DNA from: Candidatus Latescibacterota bacterium
GTDB lineage: Bacteria > Latescibacterota > UBA2968 > GCA-2709665
DNA length: 64,000 bases
Assembly (NCBI GenBank): GCA_963667175.2
Contig: CAXXXF010000011.1
Location: 1 to 64,000, forward strand
Direction of reading: 5' to 3'
Shown: piece by piece, positions 38,583-48,159 of the stretch
Layout: every line of letters begins with the position of its first letter
How positions within the stretch are numbered: the stretch's first letter is position 1
Translations under genes and position numbers: made by a program
Notes under the pieces: model-generated
Told to the model about the DNA's origin: nothing
Databases searched by the model: none
What the model saw: only the letters and a program-made list of their open reading frames with translations

Positions 38583-40288
38583 CGGCTTCGCTTTGCTCAG
38601 CCGCAACCAAAAAGGTGGTAGTCAAGAGCAGTTTGTTTTGTGGTATGAAAAACGGCGTTCGTCCTTTATGATGGTGGTCCCAACCGCCATCAACCCAAGG
38701 AGGAACGCCGTGAACGACTTCGTGGACCAATATAATGAAAAAATCAGTGGCGTGGTATCGTGTTTTGATCGGGTTTTGTTCAAGGGGTACCTGCCGCTGG
38801 GATTTGGCAATGCGATGGAGCGTTTCATGGGTAATCAGGGTTTTTTGTTGAAGGACTTCAAGCGTTTTGTGACGTCGCATTCCAAAACGATCAAAGCCCA
38901 CGCGGAGGCGGTGGCGAGCAGGCACAAGCGCCCGTTCCTCTATCTCGACCGCAACACCGTCAGGAAAGAGGAGGAAGCGCGACGCATCGCCCAACGAGAT
39001 GGGATCACCCGCGGCCTGGTCTGTGTGTTCCGCGCCGTGGAAGGCTGTCAGAGTTTCAAGCTGGTTCCAGGGGAAGGAAGGCCTCGCCTGCTCAACGCCC
39101 GGCGGAAGTGCCTGTGCTACTACTTCTACTATATCGACCGTGAGTTCGGGTTGCTGCATATCCGCATCCAGTCCTGGTTCCCCCTGGTGGTGCAGGTCTG
39201 TCTCAATGGCCACGAATACCTGGCGCGCAAGCTCGATAAAAACGGCATTGCCTATGAAAAAGCAGACAACGCGTTTCTATGGATCGACGACGTGGCCCGG
39301 GCGCAACGCTTTGCCGATCGTTTTGTCGAGAAGAATTGGCCGCGCATTCTCTCCGGGCTTGCCCGCAGGGTCAACCCCCTGCTCAAAGACCTGCTTTCGG
39401 GAATGGACTATTACTGGGTCGTTGACCAGGCTGAGTTCGCCACCGACGTGATGTTCACAAGCCCCCACGCCCTGAAGGTGCTGTATGAAAATCTGCTCAG
39501 ACATACGGTGCTGTGCTTCTCCCCCCAGGACATCCTGACCTTCCTGGGACGCAAACTCCACGGCAACTTTCAGGGCGAAGTCCTCACGGACTTCAAAAAC
39601 AAACGCCAACCCGGCGCACGGGTCAAACACCGGATGTGTGAGAACTGGATAAAAATGTACGACAAACACGGGCGCGTACTACGCATAGAGACAGTGATCA
39701 ACCATCCAAGGCAGTTCAAGGTCCGCCGCTGGGGCATACGCCAAGGACAACGCGTGATGGGCTGGTATCCCATGGCCAAAGGCGTGGCCAACCTCTACCG
39801 CTATCGGGAAATCTCATTGAAGGCCAACCAACACTACCTTCATGCGCTGGCAGCAGCACCAGACACCGCGAAGAGCCGTCACAGCCTCACCACACTTGCC
39901 CGACCACGCAGGCACAGGGGGCGTACCTATCGGGGCTTCAATCCCGCCGACACCCGCGACCTCGACCTCTTCACCGCCGTCCTGAAAGGCGAACACGCCC
40001 TGATGGGCTTCCGCAATCGGGACATCCGAAAACACCTCTTCAAACAACCCAGAACCCTCGACCAGCGCCGACGGCAGGCCAACGCCGTCAGCCGACTTCT
40101 CAAACGCCTACACGTCCGAGGCCTGATCGCCAAAATCCCACGGTCCAGAAGATGGCGCGTCACACAGGCCGGACACGTCACACTCGCGACTTCACTGACA
40201 CTATACCACAAGCACACAAACCCTATCCAAGCAGCATGAACAAACTTCTACGCATCTTGCGTTGAAGTCTTACTGTAAGACTCTAAGG
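38577..40288 (+). mobile_element. Insertion element without terminal inverted repeats, flanked by CTAAGG direct repeat
   Basis: CTAAGG at 38577-38582 and 40283-40288; removal restores helicase frame; hairpin GCGGCT-N11-AGCCGC at left end, AGTCTTAC-T-GTAAGACT palindrome at right end. Confidence 0.9.
38710..40239 (+). CDS. Putative transposase with Rep_trans-like motifs and C-terminal winged HTH
   Basis: Sole long ORF of the element (GTG after AGGAGG); EFATD, IKMYDK, LRIET motifs; FRNRDIR..LKRL..GLI.K..W wHTH. Confidence 0.75.
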   Translation: MNDFVDQYNEKISGVVSCFDRVLFKGYLPLGFGNAMERFMGNQGFLLKDFKRFVTSHSKTIKAHAEAVASRHKRPFLYLDRNTVRKEEEARRIAQRDGITRGLVCVFRAVEGCQSFKLVPGEGRPRLLNARRKCLCYYFYYIDREFGLLHIRIQSWFPLVVQVCLNGHEYLARKLDKNGIAYEKADNAFLWIDDVARAQRFADRFVEKNWPRILSGLARRVNPLLKDLLSGMDYYWVVDQAEFATDVMFTSPHALKVLYENLLRHTVLCFSPQDILTFLGRKLHGNFQGEVLTDFKNKRQPGARVKHRMCENWIKMYDKHGRVLRIETVINHPRQFKVRRWGIRQGQRVMGWYPMAKGVANLYRYREISLKANQHYLHALAAAPDTAKSRHSLTTLARPRRHRGRTYRGFNPADTRDLDLFTAVLKGEHALMGFRNRDIRKHLFKQPRTLDQRRRQANAVSRLLKRLHVRGLIAKIPRSRRWRVTQAGHVTLATSLTLYHKHTNPIQAA

Positions 40289-43142
40289 GACTATCTTCGC
40301 CGTGGGTTACTGCATACGCACCGTTCGGCGTTGCTTCCAGCTCCTCCCGATTTCTTTCCAGATAAAGTAATAACTGGGCAAAGAAATAGTCCAGCGTGAA
40401 ATCACTGATTACGACGCCATCCGTAACTTCGTCCAGGTCGATGACTTCCTCGCGTAGTTGCTGAAGCTGTCTATCGCGGAAATTCAGTTCTCTCTGGACC
40501 CCGTCAAATGTGTCTTCGTCCAGAGGATCATCGGTCCCGCTTGCGGCCGCGTCGGCAAGTGCCATACGCGCCTGAACGCGGCTTTGCAAACGCAGATAGA
40601 CTTCCATATCGTCGGTAGGCCAATAATTGATCATCTTTACCGCATTGCTGCGGCTACCAATTCTGTCAATGCGCCCGAAACGCTGGATGATTCGTATGGG
40701 ATTCCAGTGGATGTCGTAGTTCAAAACGGTATCGCAGTCCTGCAGGTTTTGACCCTCCGAGATGCAGTCGGTCGCAATTAGCAAGTCAATTTCGCCGTTG
40801 ACGTCACCAGCGCGCCTACGCGCACGAGGCGCGAAGTTGTTTAGAATGGCGTTGAAGTTGTTGTCGCCAAACTCTGTACGCGTCATATCGCCGGCGACAA
40901 GGGCCATATTCAAACCCAATTCTTCAGCCAAGCTTTGTAGGTTATCGTAAAGGTAAACAGCCGTATCTTTAAACGTGGTGAATATAAGGATTTTGCGATT
41001 ATGCCTGCCATCCTTGTCTTTCGTTGGTCTATTCACCCTGCTTCGAACATGCTCCTTGATTTTTCTCAGCTTTCCGTCCCGATCCGGTGAGATCCCCCGG
41101 ACTCTCTGCCATGCCGAAGCAAGCGTTTCCCTATCCTTCAGTAGATCATTCCTCCAGCGTGGCAAGTCGAGTTCACCGAGGCGATAGGGACTGCGTGCTC
41201 GATTGACCAGGAATTCCTCATCGTCATCGTCCGGAAGGATATCGGCTTGAGATGACACCGTAGCCCGGGTTTCCAGGAAACTGTCGATTTTTGCGACCAA
41301 GTCGTCAATCTTAGCAACGGTCCGACCCAGCGTTTCGGAGAGTGAATGGGCGGAGCTTTCTAAGCGCTTTAGAAAGTTCGTCCGAATCATGCCAATCAGA
41401 AAGCGCTCACGGTCCGCCTGGTTGAAACTCAATGTTCGTTTTTCATCCGCCAGTCTTTGTTTTGCCTCTTCACTCGTGACGTATCTGGAAGGCCTGTATA
41501 CAGAAAGGGCGAATGCATCTATTTGTTCCGCTAGACTCTGATACGAAAGTCGACCAGTCAGGTCGGTCTGAGGATGGTGGTTCTTGGGTTTCAACTGTTT
41601 GGGAAACTCACCGATGCGATCCATTTCGTCGGCGTAGAATGTCTCGATCTGGCGTCGCGACCGGGCAATCGAAATTCCGCCTAACAATCCGAAGAAATCT
41701 GCGCCCAGCTGTACCAATAGCTTCGATTTGTCTTTTTTACCAGTCTGTGCAGTGGTGTTCTCCCATGACTTAAATTCCCTTTGAGCCTGTCTAAGCAACT
41801 CGCCGATATTGCCAATTCCCAGACTCTCGCGGAACACATCCTCGCGTCCTTCGGTCATCAGGTAAATCTGATTGCGAAGATCAATTAGCGACGTGTTAAC
41901 GGGCGTTGCCGAGAGCATCAGCACCTTTGTCTGCGTACCCTCCTTTATCACTTCTTCAAGCAGACGAGAATACCGGCTGTGTCGGATAGTACCCTCTTCA
42001 TCCCTTTTCGGTTTTGAATCATTCCTGAAATTATGAGACTCGTCTATGACCACCATATCAAAATTACGCCAGTTAAAGTTCGCAAGATCGATGTCACCCG
42101 ATTTTCCTCTGCTGCGGGATAGATCTGTGTGCGACAGCAATGTGTACCCGAAACGGTCTTTTTCGAATGGATTGTCCGTATGGGAGTAGTAGACCGGATA
42201 AAGTGACCAGTTTTCCCTTAGTTTCTTGGGGCACAATACCAGAACCCGTTCATTTTTCAACTCGAAATATTTGATAACAGCGAGCGCAGTGTATGTCTTC
42301 CCTAACCCCACGCTATCTGCCAGGATGCAGCCGTTGTGTTTCTGAAGGCGCGTAATGACGCTCTTAGCGCCATCCCGCTGGAAATTGTACAGCTGTTTCC
42401 AGATTAACGTATCCTCCAGTTGTGTTTCCTCTATATTCCGGTCCCCGGCTTTTCTTGCTTCGATTTCCTCCAAGAACAGCTGGTAGAGCGTCTTGTAATA
42501 GATCAGTTCCGGGGAATGGTCCTTGCCGATCCGGTTTAATGCGTCAATGACCTCCCTTTTTACATTTCGGGTGAGTTCCTTGTTTGTCCAGAGTTCGTCA
42601 AACCACGTGCGCAATTCGGCACGAATTACCGAATCGGAGGCTGCGAGGTTGATTTCGACGTTTGCCCCCCCGTCGCAGCCAAGCCCTCTCCTGGTAAAGT
42701 TGGAACTCCCGACCACCGCCGAACCTCTACCTGAGTTCTCGAACAGATGCATTTTGCCGTGAAGAAAGTTGGACTTGCCGATGGAGCGAATACTCACGCG
42801 CCTTCTCCGCGCCCACTCCTCGCACCTCCGGGCCAGGTGTTTCTGCTGCAAAACGTGATGGGGCGACAGTCCATCTTCCGTCAGATCGTAAGATTTCGGC
42901 TCTTTATCTCCTGGGTCCAATTCGCCCACGGATGCCGGATCGCCGAACAGAAAGCGGACATCCTTTACGCCCCGCAGTTCGGATTCCAGAGCCTCGTACC
43001 CGTAAATCGTGAAATACGCTGAAACGAGGCGGTACACGTCGGCATCCGGCAAGTGCGCCCGCAGAAAGTCGGCCACGCTATGGCGCCGATTGTCCAGGAT
43101 ATGCTCGTACGCGGAGAATTCCGCTTTTTTCGTATCGGTCAT
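40283..43142 (-). pseudogene. PLD-nuclease + SNF2-like helicase, interrupted near its 3' end
   Basis: HGK..GSSNFT PLD motif; LADSVGLGKT, DESH, SAT, SEGQNLQ, QRFGRIDRIG. Confidence 0.9.
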
Positions 43143-43187
43143 CTACGCTCCAAAAAATCTGTAATCGCGGGTTTCACGCGACGTATA

Positions 43188-43450
43188 TTAGAATCTTACA
43201 GTAAGACTTCCACGCAAAATGCGTGCATGTTTATTGGTGCAGTTTGCTCCCGTTCACGCGTTGTAATCCCCCCACCGCATCAGCCGTCGCCTGCCCTTCG
43301 ACAGGCTCAGGGAACAGGCTCGGCTTCTGCCTGCCTGTGCTGCGGACGCAGGCAGGCGACTCCCCCTCAAGGGGGGAGTGATTGCAATGTCAAACGGGCT
43401 CAGGCGTTCACTTCAGTCAATCAGGTTGCGGCTGAACAAAACGAAGCCGC
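43188..43450 (-). mobile_element. Non-autonomous derivative of the 38.6-40.3 kb element (both ends present, inverted orientation)
   Basis: TTAGAATCTTACAGTAAGACTTCCACGCAAAATGCGT and GGTTGCGGCTGAACAAAACGAAGCCGC match the reverse complements of the element ends. Confidence 0.8.
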
Positions 43451-43502
43451 GATACGGCACTCAGCGATTTCGAACCCCGTCTTTATTCGAAAGGACGTCC
43501 CG

Positions 43503-43880
43503 ATGAAGAAACGACCGTTCACGAGTTCGAAAGGCAACACCCCCAAATTCCCGTATTCTCAGGCCATCATATACGGCGACCTGATATTCATCTCCGCGCA
43601 GCCGCCGGTGGATCCGGAAACGGGAGACGTGGATTCCGGCGACGTAAAGGCCCAGACACGTCGTATCCTCACCAACGTAGCCGGCATTCTCGAGGACGCG
43701 GGCACGTCGCTGGACAACGTGCTCAAGGTCACCGTCTTTCTGAAAGACCGGTCGCTGTTTTCCGATTTCAACGACGCCTATGCCGGTTTCTTCCCGGAAA
43801 ACCCGCCGGCGCGTTCACCGGTTTTCACCGACACCGGCGACTACCTGGTGACCATGGATTTTATCGCAGGTATGGCTTGA
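43503..43880 (+). CDS. RidA/YjgF family protein
   Basis: PYSQA, FISAQ.P.DP, VLKVTVFL, PPARS. Confidence 0.9.
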   Translation: MKKRPFTSSKGNTPKFPYSQAIIYGDLIFISAQPPVDPETGDVDSGDVKAQTRRILTNVAGILEDAGTSLDNVLKVTVFLKDRSLFSDFNDAYAGFFPENPPARSPVFTDTGDYLVTMDFIAGMA

Positions 43881-43909
43881 GACCGGCGGCGTGACGACCC
43901 GTCATCGGA

Positions 43910-44929
43910 TCATGCGTCATCGTCCGATCTGTCCCGCCGTTTGAGCGCAAGGCGTGCGCCCAGACGCAGCGTCTCGAGCATATTGGCCTCGTCCGCGACG
44001 CCCTGCCCCGCAATATCGAACGCCGTGCCGTGGTCCACGGACACCCGGACGACGGGCAGACCCAGCGTGACGTTGACCGCGTCGTGAAAGGCCACCAGCT
44101 TGACCGGCGCGTGGCCCTGGTCGTGGTACATGGCCACCACGCCATCGAAACCGCCGTTGTACGCCTTCAGAAAAACCGTATCCGCGGGAAGCGGTCCCGC
44201 AACCCGCATCCCCCCGGCCTTCGCCTTCCGAATGGCCGGCCGGATCCGTTCCACGTCTTCATCGCCCAGGATTCCCGCCTCTCCTGCGTGCGGATTCAGG
44301 CCGCACACGGCGACGCGGGGATCCGGCATGCCCATGTCTTCCAGGGCGCCGTGCAGCAGTCTGATCGTGTCGAAGACGCGCGTTTTAGTCACCTGCTCCG
44401 GCACCCTGCCCAGCGCCATGTGACCCGTGACGTGGGCCACGTTCAGGCGCTCCGACGCCAGCATCAATCGGACGTCCCGAACGCCGAGGCGATCCGCCAG
44501 CAGTTCCGTATGACCCGCGTACCTGAACCCGGCCCGGTTCATCGCCTCCTTGTTCAGCGGCGCCGTTGCGATCCCGTCGACCCGCCCCGCCACGGCCAGG
44601 TCCGCCGCTCCAACCACCCATTCCACCGCCGCCCGGCCCGCCTCCGGACAGACCCGCCCCGTCTCAACCCGCGCGTGATCCAGGTCCACTGGCGCCCACA
44701 GATCGATCTCTCCGAAGCGGTATCGGCCTCGTTCGGGCGCGTCGACCGTCCGGAAATCGAGCGGGCGGGTCGAATGCGACAGGTTTGCGGCGAGAACGTC
44801 CGCGTCGCCGACCACGAGCGGCCGGCAGAACGCATAGACCTCCGGGTGACTCAACGCCTTAACGATCACCTCCGGGCCGATGCCGCAAACGTCCCCCATC
44901 GTGATCCCCAGCAATGGACGCGGTGTCAT
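43910..44929 (-). CDS. pdxA: 4-hydroxythreonine-4-phosphate dehydrogenase family (PdxA/PdxA2)
   Basis: ITMGD..GIGPE, GHTE, GLNPHAGE, AMYHDQG, SVDHGTAFDIAG. Confidence 0.92.
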   Translation of the reverse strand: MTPRPLLGITMGDVCGIGPEVIVKALSHPEVYAFCRPLVVGDADVLAANLSHSTRPLDFRTVDAPERGRYRFGEIDLWAPVDLDHARVETGRVCPEAGRAAVEWVVGAADLAVAGRVDGIATAPLNKEAMNRAGFRYAGHTELLADRLGVRDVRLMLASERLNVAHVTGHMALGRVPEQVTKTRVFDTIRLLHGALEDMGMPDPRVAVCGLNPHAGEAGILGDEDVERIRPAIRKAKAGGMRVAGPLPADTVFLKAYNGGFDGVVAMYHDQGHAPVKLVAFHDAVNVTLGLPVVRVSVDHGTAFDIAGQGVADEANMLETLRLGARLALKRRDRSDDDA

Positions 44930-44976
44930 CGTATCACCCTTCGGTGTTCCCACCCGGTTTCGACCCGCCGAGTCGC

Positions 44977-45840
44977 CTATCCTTTTTCTGGACCCGAAGT
45001 CGCATAGACGTGCCGCGGACGGCCGCTGAAGGGTTCTCCGCCCAGGTACATCCGCGTGAATCCGCGCTGTACGGAAAACCCGAATTCCTTCGCCAACGCC
45101 GTACCGTCCGGATTGACGAGCGGCACGTCGAAGAAAACCGGTTCCCCGGCCAGCCGGTCCAGCGCCCAGCAGAACAGCGACCTGCCCGCCTGCTCGTGGG
45201 CCGCCACCAGGGGGCCGATCTGAAACGCGTTGCTGCCCGGTCTGACCATCACGTAGCCCTCGATCTCGCGCCCGATTCCGGGGAAAACGCCGCAAAGGCC
45301 CCCTGAATCCCGGTGCAGATGCCTGAGCAGATCCTCGCGGCAAACGCCGAAGCGGGGCGTATCGAAGGCAATCACGTCTGGCAGGTCCGCGCCGCGCATC
45401 GTGCGCACCGTCGCCCACCGGCACGCCCGTCCGACCCCTTCCCGCCGTTCCAGCGCGTACTCGTCCCGGAACCCGAGCGGCACGTACACGTTCCGTCCCA
45501 TCGGCGTCGCGTCCAGTTTGATCGTGTCCACGCCGCTGGCCTGGAGGTGCGCAATCCCGTGCCGCAACATCGCGCTGCCGATTCCCTGACGCCGTCGCGC
45601 CGGCGGGACCAGCACCATCGCCACCCAGCCGCAGACCCCGCCGAACGTCACCGTCACGACCGTTCCGGCGGGCTCGCTCCCGATCTCGGCGACAAAACAA
45701 CCGTCGGGAGAAAGCGCCAGAAAACGCCGCCAGTCCCCCTCAACCTGGTTCCAGCCGGCCAGCGTCTTGAACCGCATGCCGGTCGCGACGTCCGCCGGGG
45801 TCATCGTCCGGATGCGGAGGTCTTGCTCGATATTGGACAC
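44977..45840 (-). CDS. Tandem GNAT acetyltransferase
   Basis: GWNQ..DW, RRQGIG, LDATPMG..Y..LGF, IGPLVA. Confidence 0.85.
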   Translation of the reverse strand: MSNIEQDLRIRTMTPADVATGMRFKTLAGWNQVEGDWRRFLALSPDGCFVAEIGSEPAGTVVTVTFGGVCGWVAMVLVPPARRRQGIGSAMLRHGIAHLQASGVDTIKLDATPMGRNVYVPLGFRDEYALERREGVGRACRWATVRTMRGADLPDVIAFDTPRFGVCREDLLRHLHRDSGGLCGVFPGIGREIEGYVMVRPGSNAFQIGPLVAAHEQAGRSLFCWALDRLAGEPVFFDVPLVNPDGTALAKEFGFSVQRGFTRMYLGGEPFSGRPRHVYATSGPEKG

Positions 45841-46223
45841 ACGCCCTCCCACGGATTGCATCCGCCCGTGGCACCGACGGCAGTCGGAACGCAACGCGCG
45901 ACCGACGGACGACTCACCCGTTGACACGGCAATCCATACACTCCATATTATCGCCACTTCAGGCCCTGCCCGCAACAGCCGGAGCGTCGAATCCCGGACC
46001 TGAACCGTCCACGGCGCCCACGTCCTCACAATCCCGCGGAGAAGCCCGGACCCCACTTTATCAGCCCGTTAAAAAATTCCATCCGGGCTGCGTCCGGCCC
46101 TTGTGACCGAAATACGGCGTTGCGCTCCCTCCCCGAATCCAGGGATTCGCGTCGGTCGCGCGCCTTGTCTTCGGCCACAATAGCTCGGCCTCGCCTGCAG
46201 AGCGACTTTTTCAACGGACTGTT

Positions 46224-48143
46224 ATGGCACAGATTGTCAGCCGTCGATCCATCCTCATCGGTCTTGCGCTTACCATCGTCATCTGCCTCTTCGCGACTGA
46301 CACCACCTACCGCCTGCGCGCCTCCCGCGTCTCCCTGGGGCACCTGCCCATGTCCCTCTGGCTACCGTTCCTGCTCCTCTTCCTGGGCAACAGGATTCTG
46401 CAAAACCTCCGTCCGAGCTGGTCCCTGAACGCCGGGGAACTCGGTCTCGTCCTCTGCATGGGATTCATCGGGGGCGCGTTCCCCACGAAGAATATCGCGG
46501 GCCGCCTGGTCGCGGTCCTTGCAACGCCATATTACAAGGCCACGCCCGAAAACCGTTGGGGAGAATACGTCACGGAACACCTGCGGCCCTGGTCGGTCCC
46601 GGGAAACCGGAGCGACGCCATCACCCACCTGTGGGAAGGGCTGCCCAGGGGCCAGCCCGTTCCATGGGAGGTGTGGGTGGCGCCTCTGTTCTGGTGGTTC
46701 ACCCTGCTCTTCGCGCTCTTCTTCGCCTGCCTCTGCATCGCCGTGATCCTCCGCAAACAGTGGGTGGAACACGAACGGATCGTCTTTCCCCTGGCGCGGC
46801 TGCCGCTGATGATGATATCCGACCCCGGATCGGGCGCCATTCCGCTTTTCAACAACCGGCGGTTCTGGATCGGATTCGGAATCGGCATCTTCGTTCTCGC
46901 GTGGAACGTCCTCCCGCGATTCTCCCATCGCGTGCCCTACATCCCACTCGGCCCCACGTTTTCCAGCGCCCTCACCCTCGGCCACGACTTCCCTCCGCTG
47001 CAGATCAAATTCAACTTCGTCGTGGCCGCGTTCGGCTATCTCACGAACCTCGAAGTGCTGCTGTCCGTCTGGCTCTTCCATCTCCTTTCGCTCTTCGAGA
47101 TCGGCCTGACCAACCGACTCGGCATCGCCGTGAGCAGCGAATACCACGGGGGCGTTCTCCTGCAGCAGGCCGGGGGTTTCACGGCCCTCGTGTTTCTGGG
47201 TCTATTCATCGCGCGAAAGCACGTCGCGGGCGTGTTCCGCAGCGCCTGGCGGCGGCAGCCGGGAATGGACGACCGGGACGAACTGCTGTCCTATCGCACT
47301 GCGGTCGTCGGCCTTCTCCTGTCCCTCGCCTACGCCGTGGCCTGGCTCCACGCGCTGGGCATTTCCATCCTGGCCGTAATCGTCCAGCTGGGCCTGCTTC
47401 TGGTCTTCTTCCTGGGCCTGTCGAAAATCGTGGCCGAAACCGGCCTGGTCTACATCGAAACGCCGCAGCGAACCCAGGCGCTGACCGCGGCCATCCTGGG
47501 CACACAGGTTCAGACGGCCGACCACGTGGGCCTCGCCCTGTCGGCCAACGTCGTGGAGAGCCACAGGCAATACATCCTGCCTTCGCTGGTACACGTCGCC
47601 CGAATCCAGCACAGCTTTCGCTGGCGCCGATCCCGCGTCACCGCGGCGCTCTGCGCGGCCTTCGTCGCCGGCTTCGTCGCTTCCGTCGCGTATACCCTCA
47701 ATCTCTGCTACAGCGCCACCGGCGCCGCGAATATCCGCCACGTCTACGTATTCGGCGGCTACGGCCTTCGCATGTTCGATCGCGTGGTCACGTGGGCCGG
47801 CGCGCCGCCCACCTTTACGGGAACGGAACTCGCATTCATTGGGGCCGGCGTGCTGGGTACCCTGCTCCTCGGGATGCTCCGGCTGCGCTTTCCCTGGTGG
47901 CCGCTGCACCCCGTCGGCTTTACCGTCGGATATGCGTTCCCCGTGCGGGTAACCGCATTCACCGTCTTTCTCACGTGGGCCTTCAAGGCCCTTGTGCTCC
48001 GGTTCGGCGGCATTGCGCTCTACCGGAGTTTCCAGCCGTTCTTCGTGGGTCTGCTGATGGGCTACACCCTGGGCGTGGGCATCTCCACGTTCACCGATGC
48101 GGTCTGGTTCCCCGGAGACGGGAAAATGGTACACACATGGTGA
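46224..48143 (+). CDS. DUF6785/DUF6784-type (OPT-like) multipass membrane protein
   Basis: LRKQWVEHER..FPL, WWPLHPVG, LRFGG..LYR..PFF.GL. Confidence 0.75.
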   Translation: MAQIVSRRSILIGLALTIVICLFATDTTYRLRASRVSLGHLPMSLWLPFLLLFLGNRILQNLRPSWSLNAGELGLVLCMGFIGGAFPTKNIAGRLVAVLATPYYKATPENRWGEYVTEHLRPWSVPGNRSDAITHLWEGLPRGQPVPWEVWVAPLFWWFTLLFALFFACLCIAVILRKQWVEHERIVFPLARLPLMMISDPGSGAIPLFNNRRFWIGFGIGIFVLAWNVLPRFSHRVPYIPLGPTFSSALTLGHDFPPLQIKFNFVVAAFGYLTNLEVLLSVWLFHLLSLFEIGLTNRLGIAVSSEYHGGVLLQQAGGFTALVFLGLFIARKHVAGVFRSAWRRQPGMDDRDELLSYRTAVVGLLLSLAYAVAWLHALGISILAVIVQLGLLLVFFLGLSKIVAETGLVYIETPQRTQALTAAILGTQVQTADHVGLALSANVVESHRQYILPSLVHVARIQHSFRWRRSRVTAALCAAFVAGFVASVAYTLNLCYSATGAANIRHVYVFGGYGLRMFDRVVTWAGAPPTFTGTELAFIGAGVLGTLLLGMLRLRFPWWPLHPVGFTVGYAFPVRVTAFTVFLTWAFKALVLRFGGIALYRSFQPFFVGLLMGYTLGVGISTFTDAVWFPGDGKMVHTW

Positions 48144-48159
48144 AACGCACCCAACGTCT

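Noticed and set aside
38155-39213. 352-aa minus-strand ORF as a real gene
   Set aside because: Chimera of the antisense of the insertion element and the helicase C-terminus
32158-43142. Calling the locus DISARM or BREX
   Set aside because: No DrmA/DrmB (DUF1998), PglZ or BrxC recognised; only PLD-helicase and MTase are supported
43053-43502. N-terminal extension of ridA (similarly 53476-53703 for DUF445)
   Set aside because: Translation of the non-coding mini-element; family similarity starts at the later ATG
43910-45700. 596-aa PdxA fusion
   Set aside because: Upstream part overlaps the GNAT gene in another frame; PdxA motifs start at 44929
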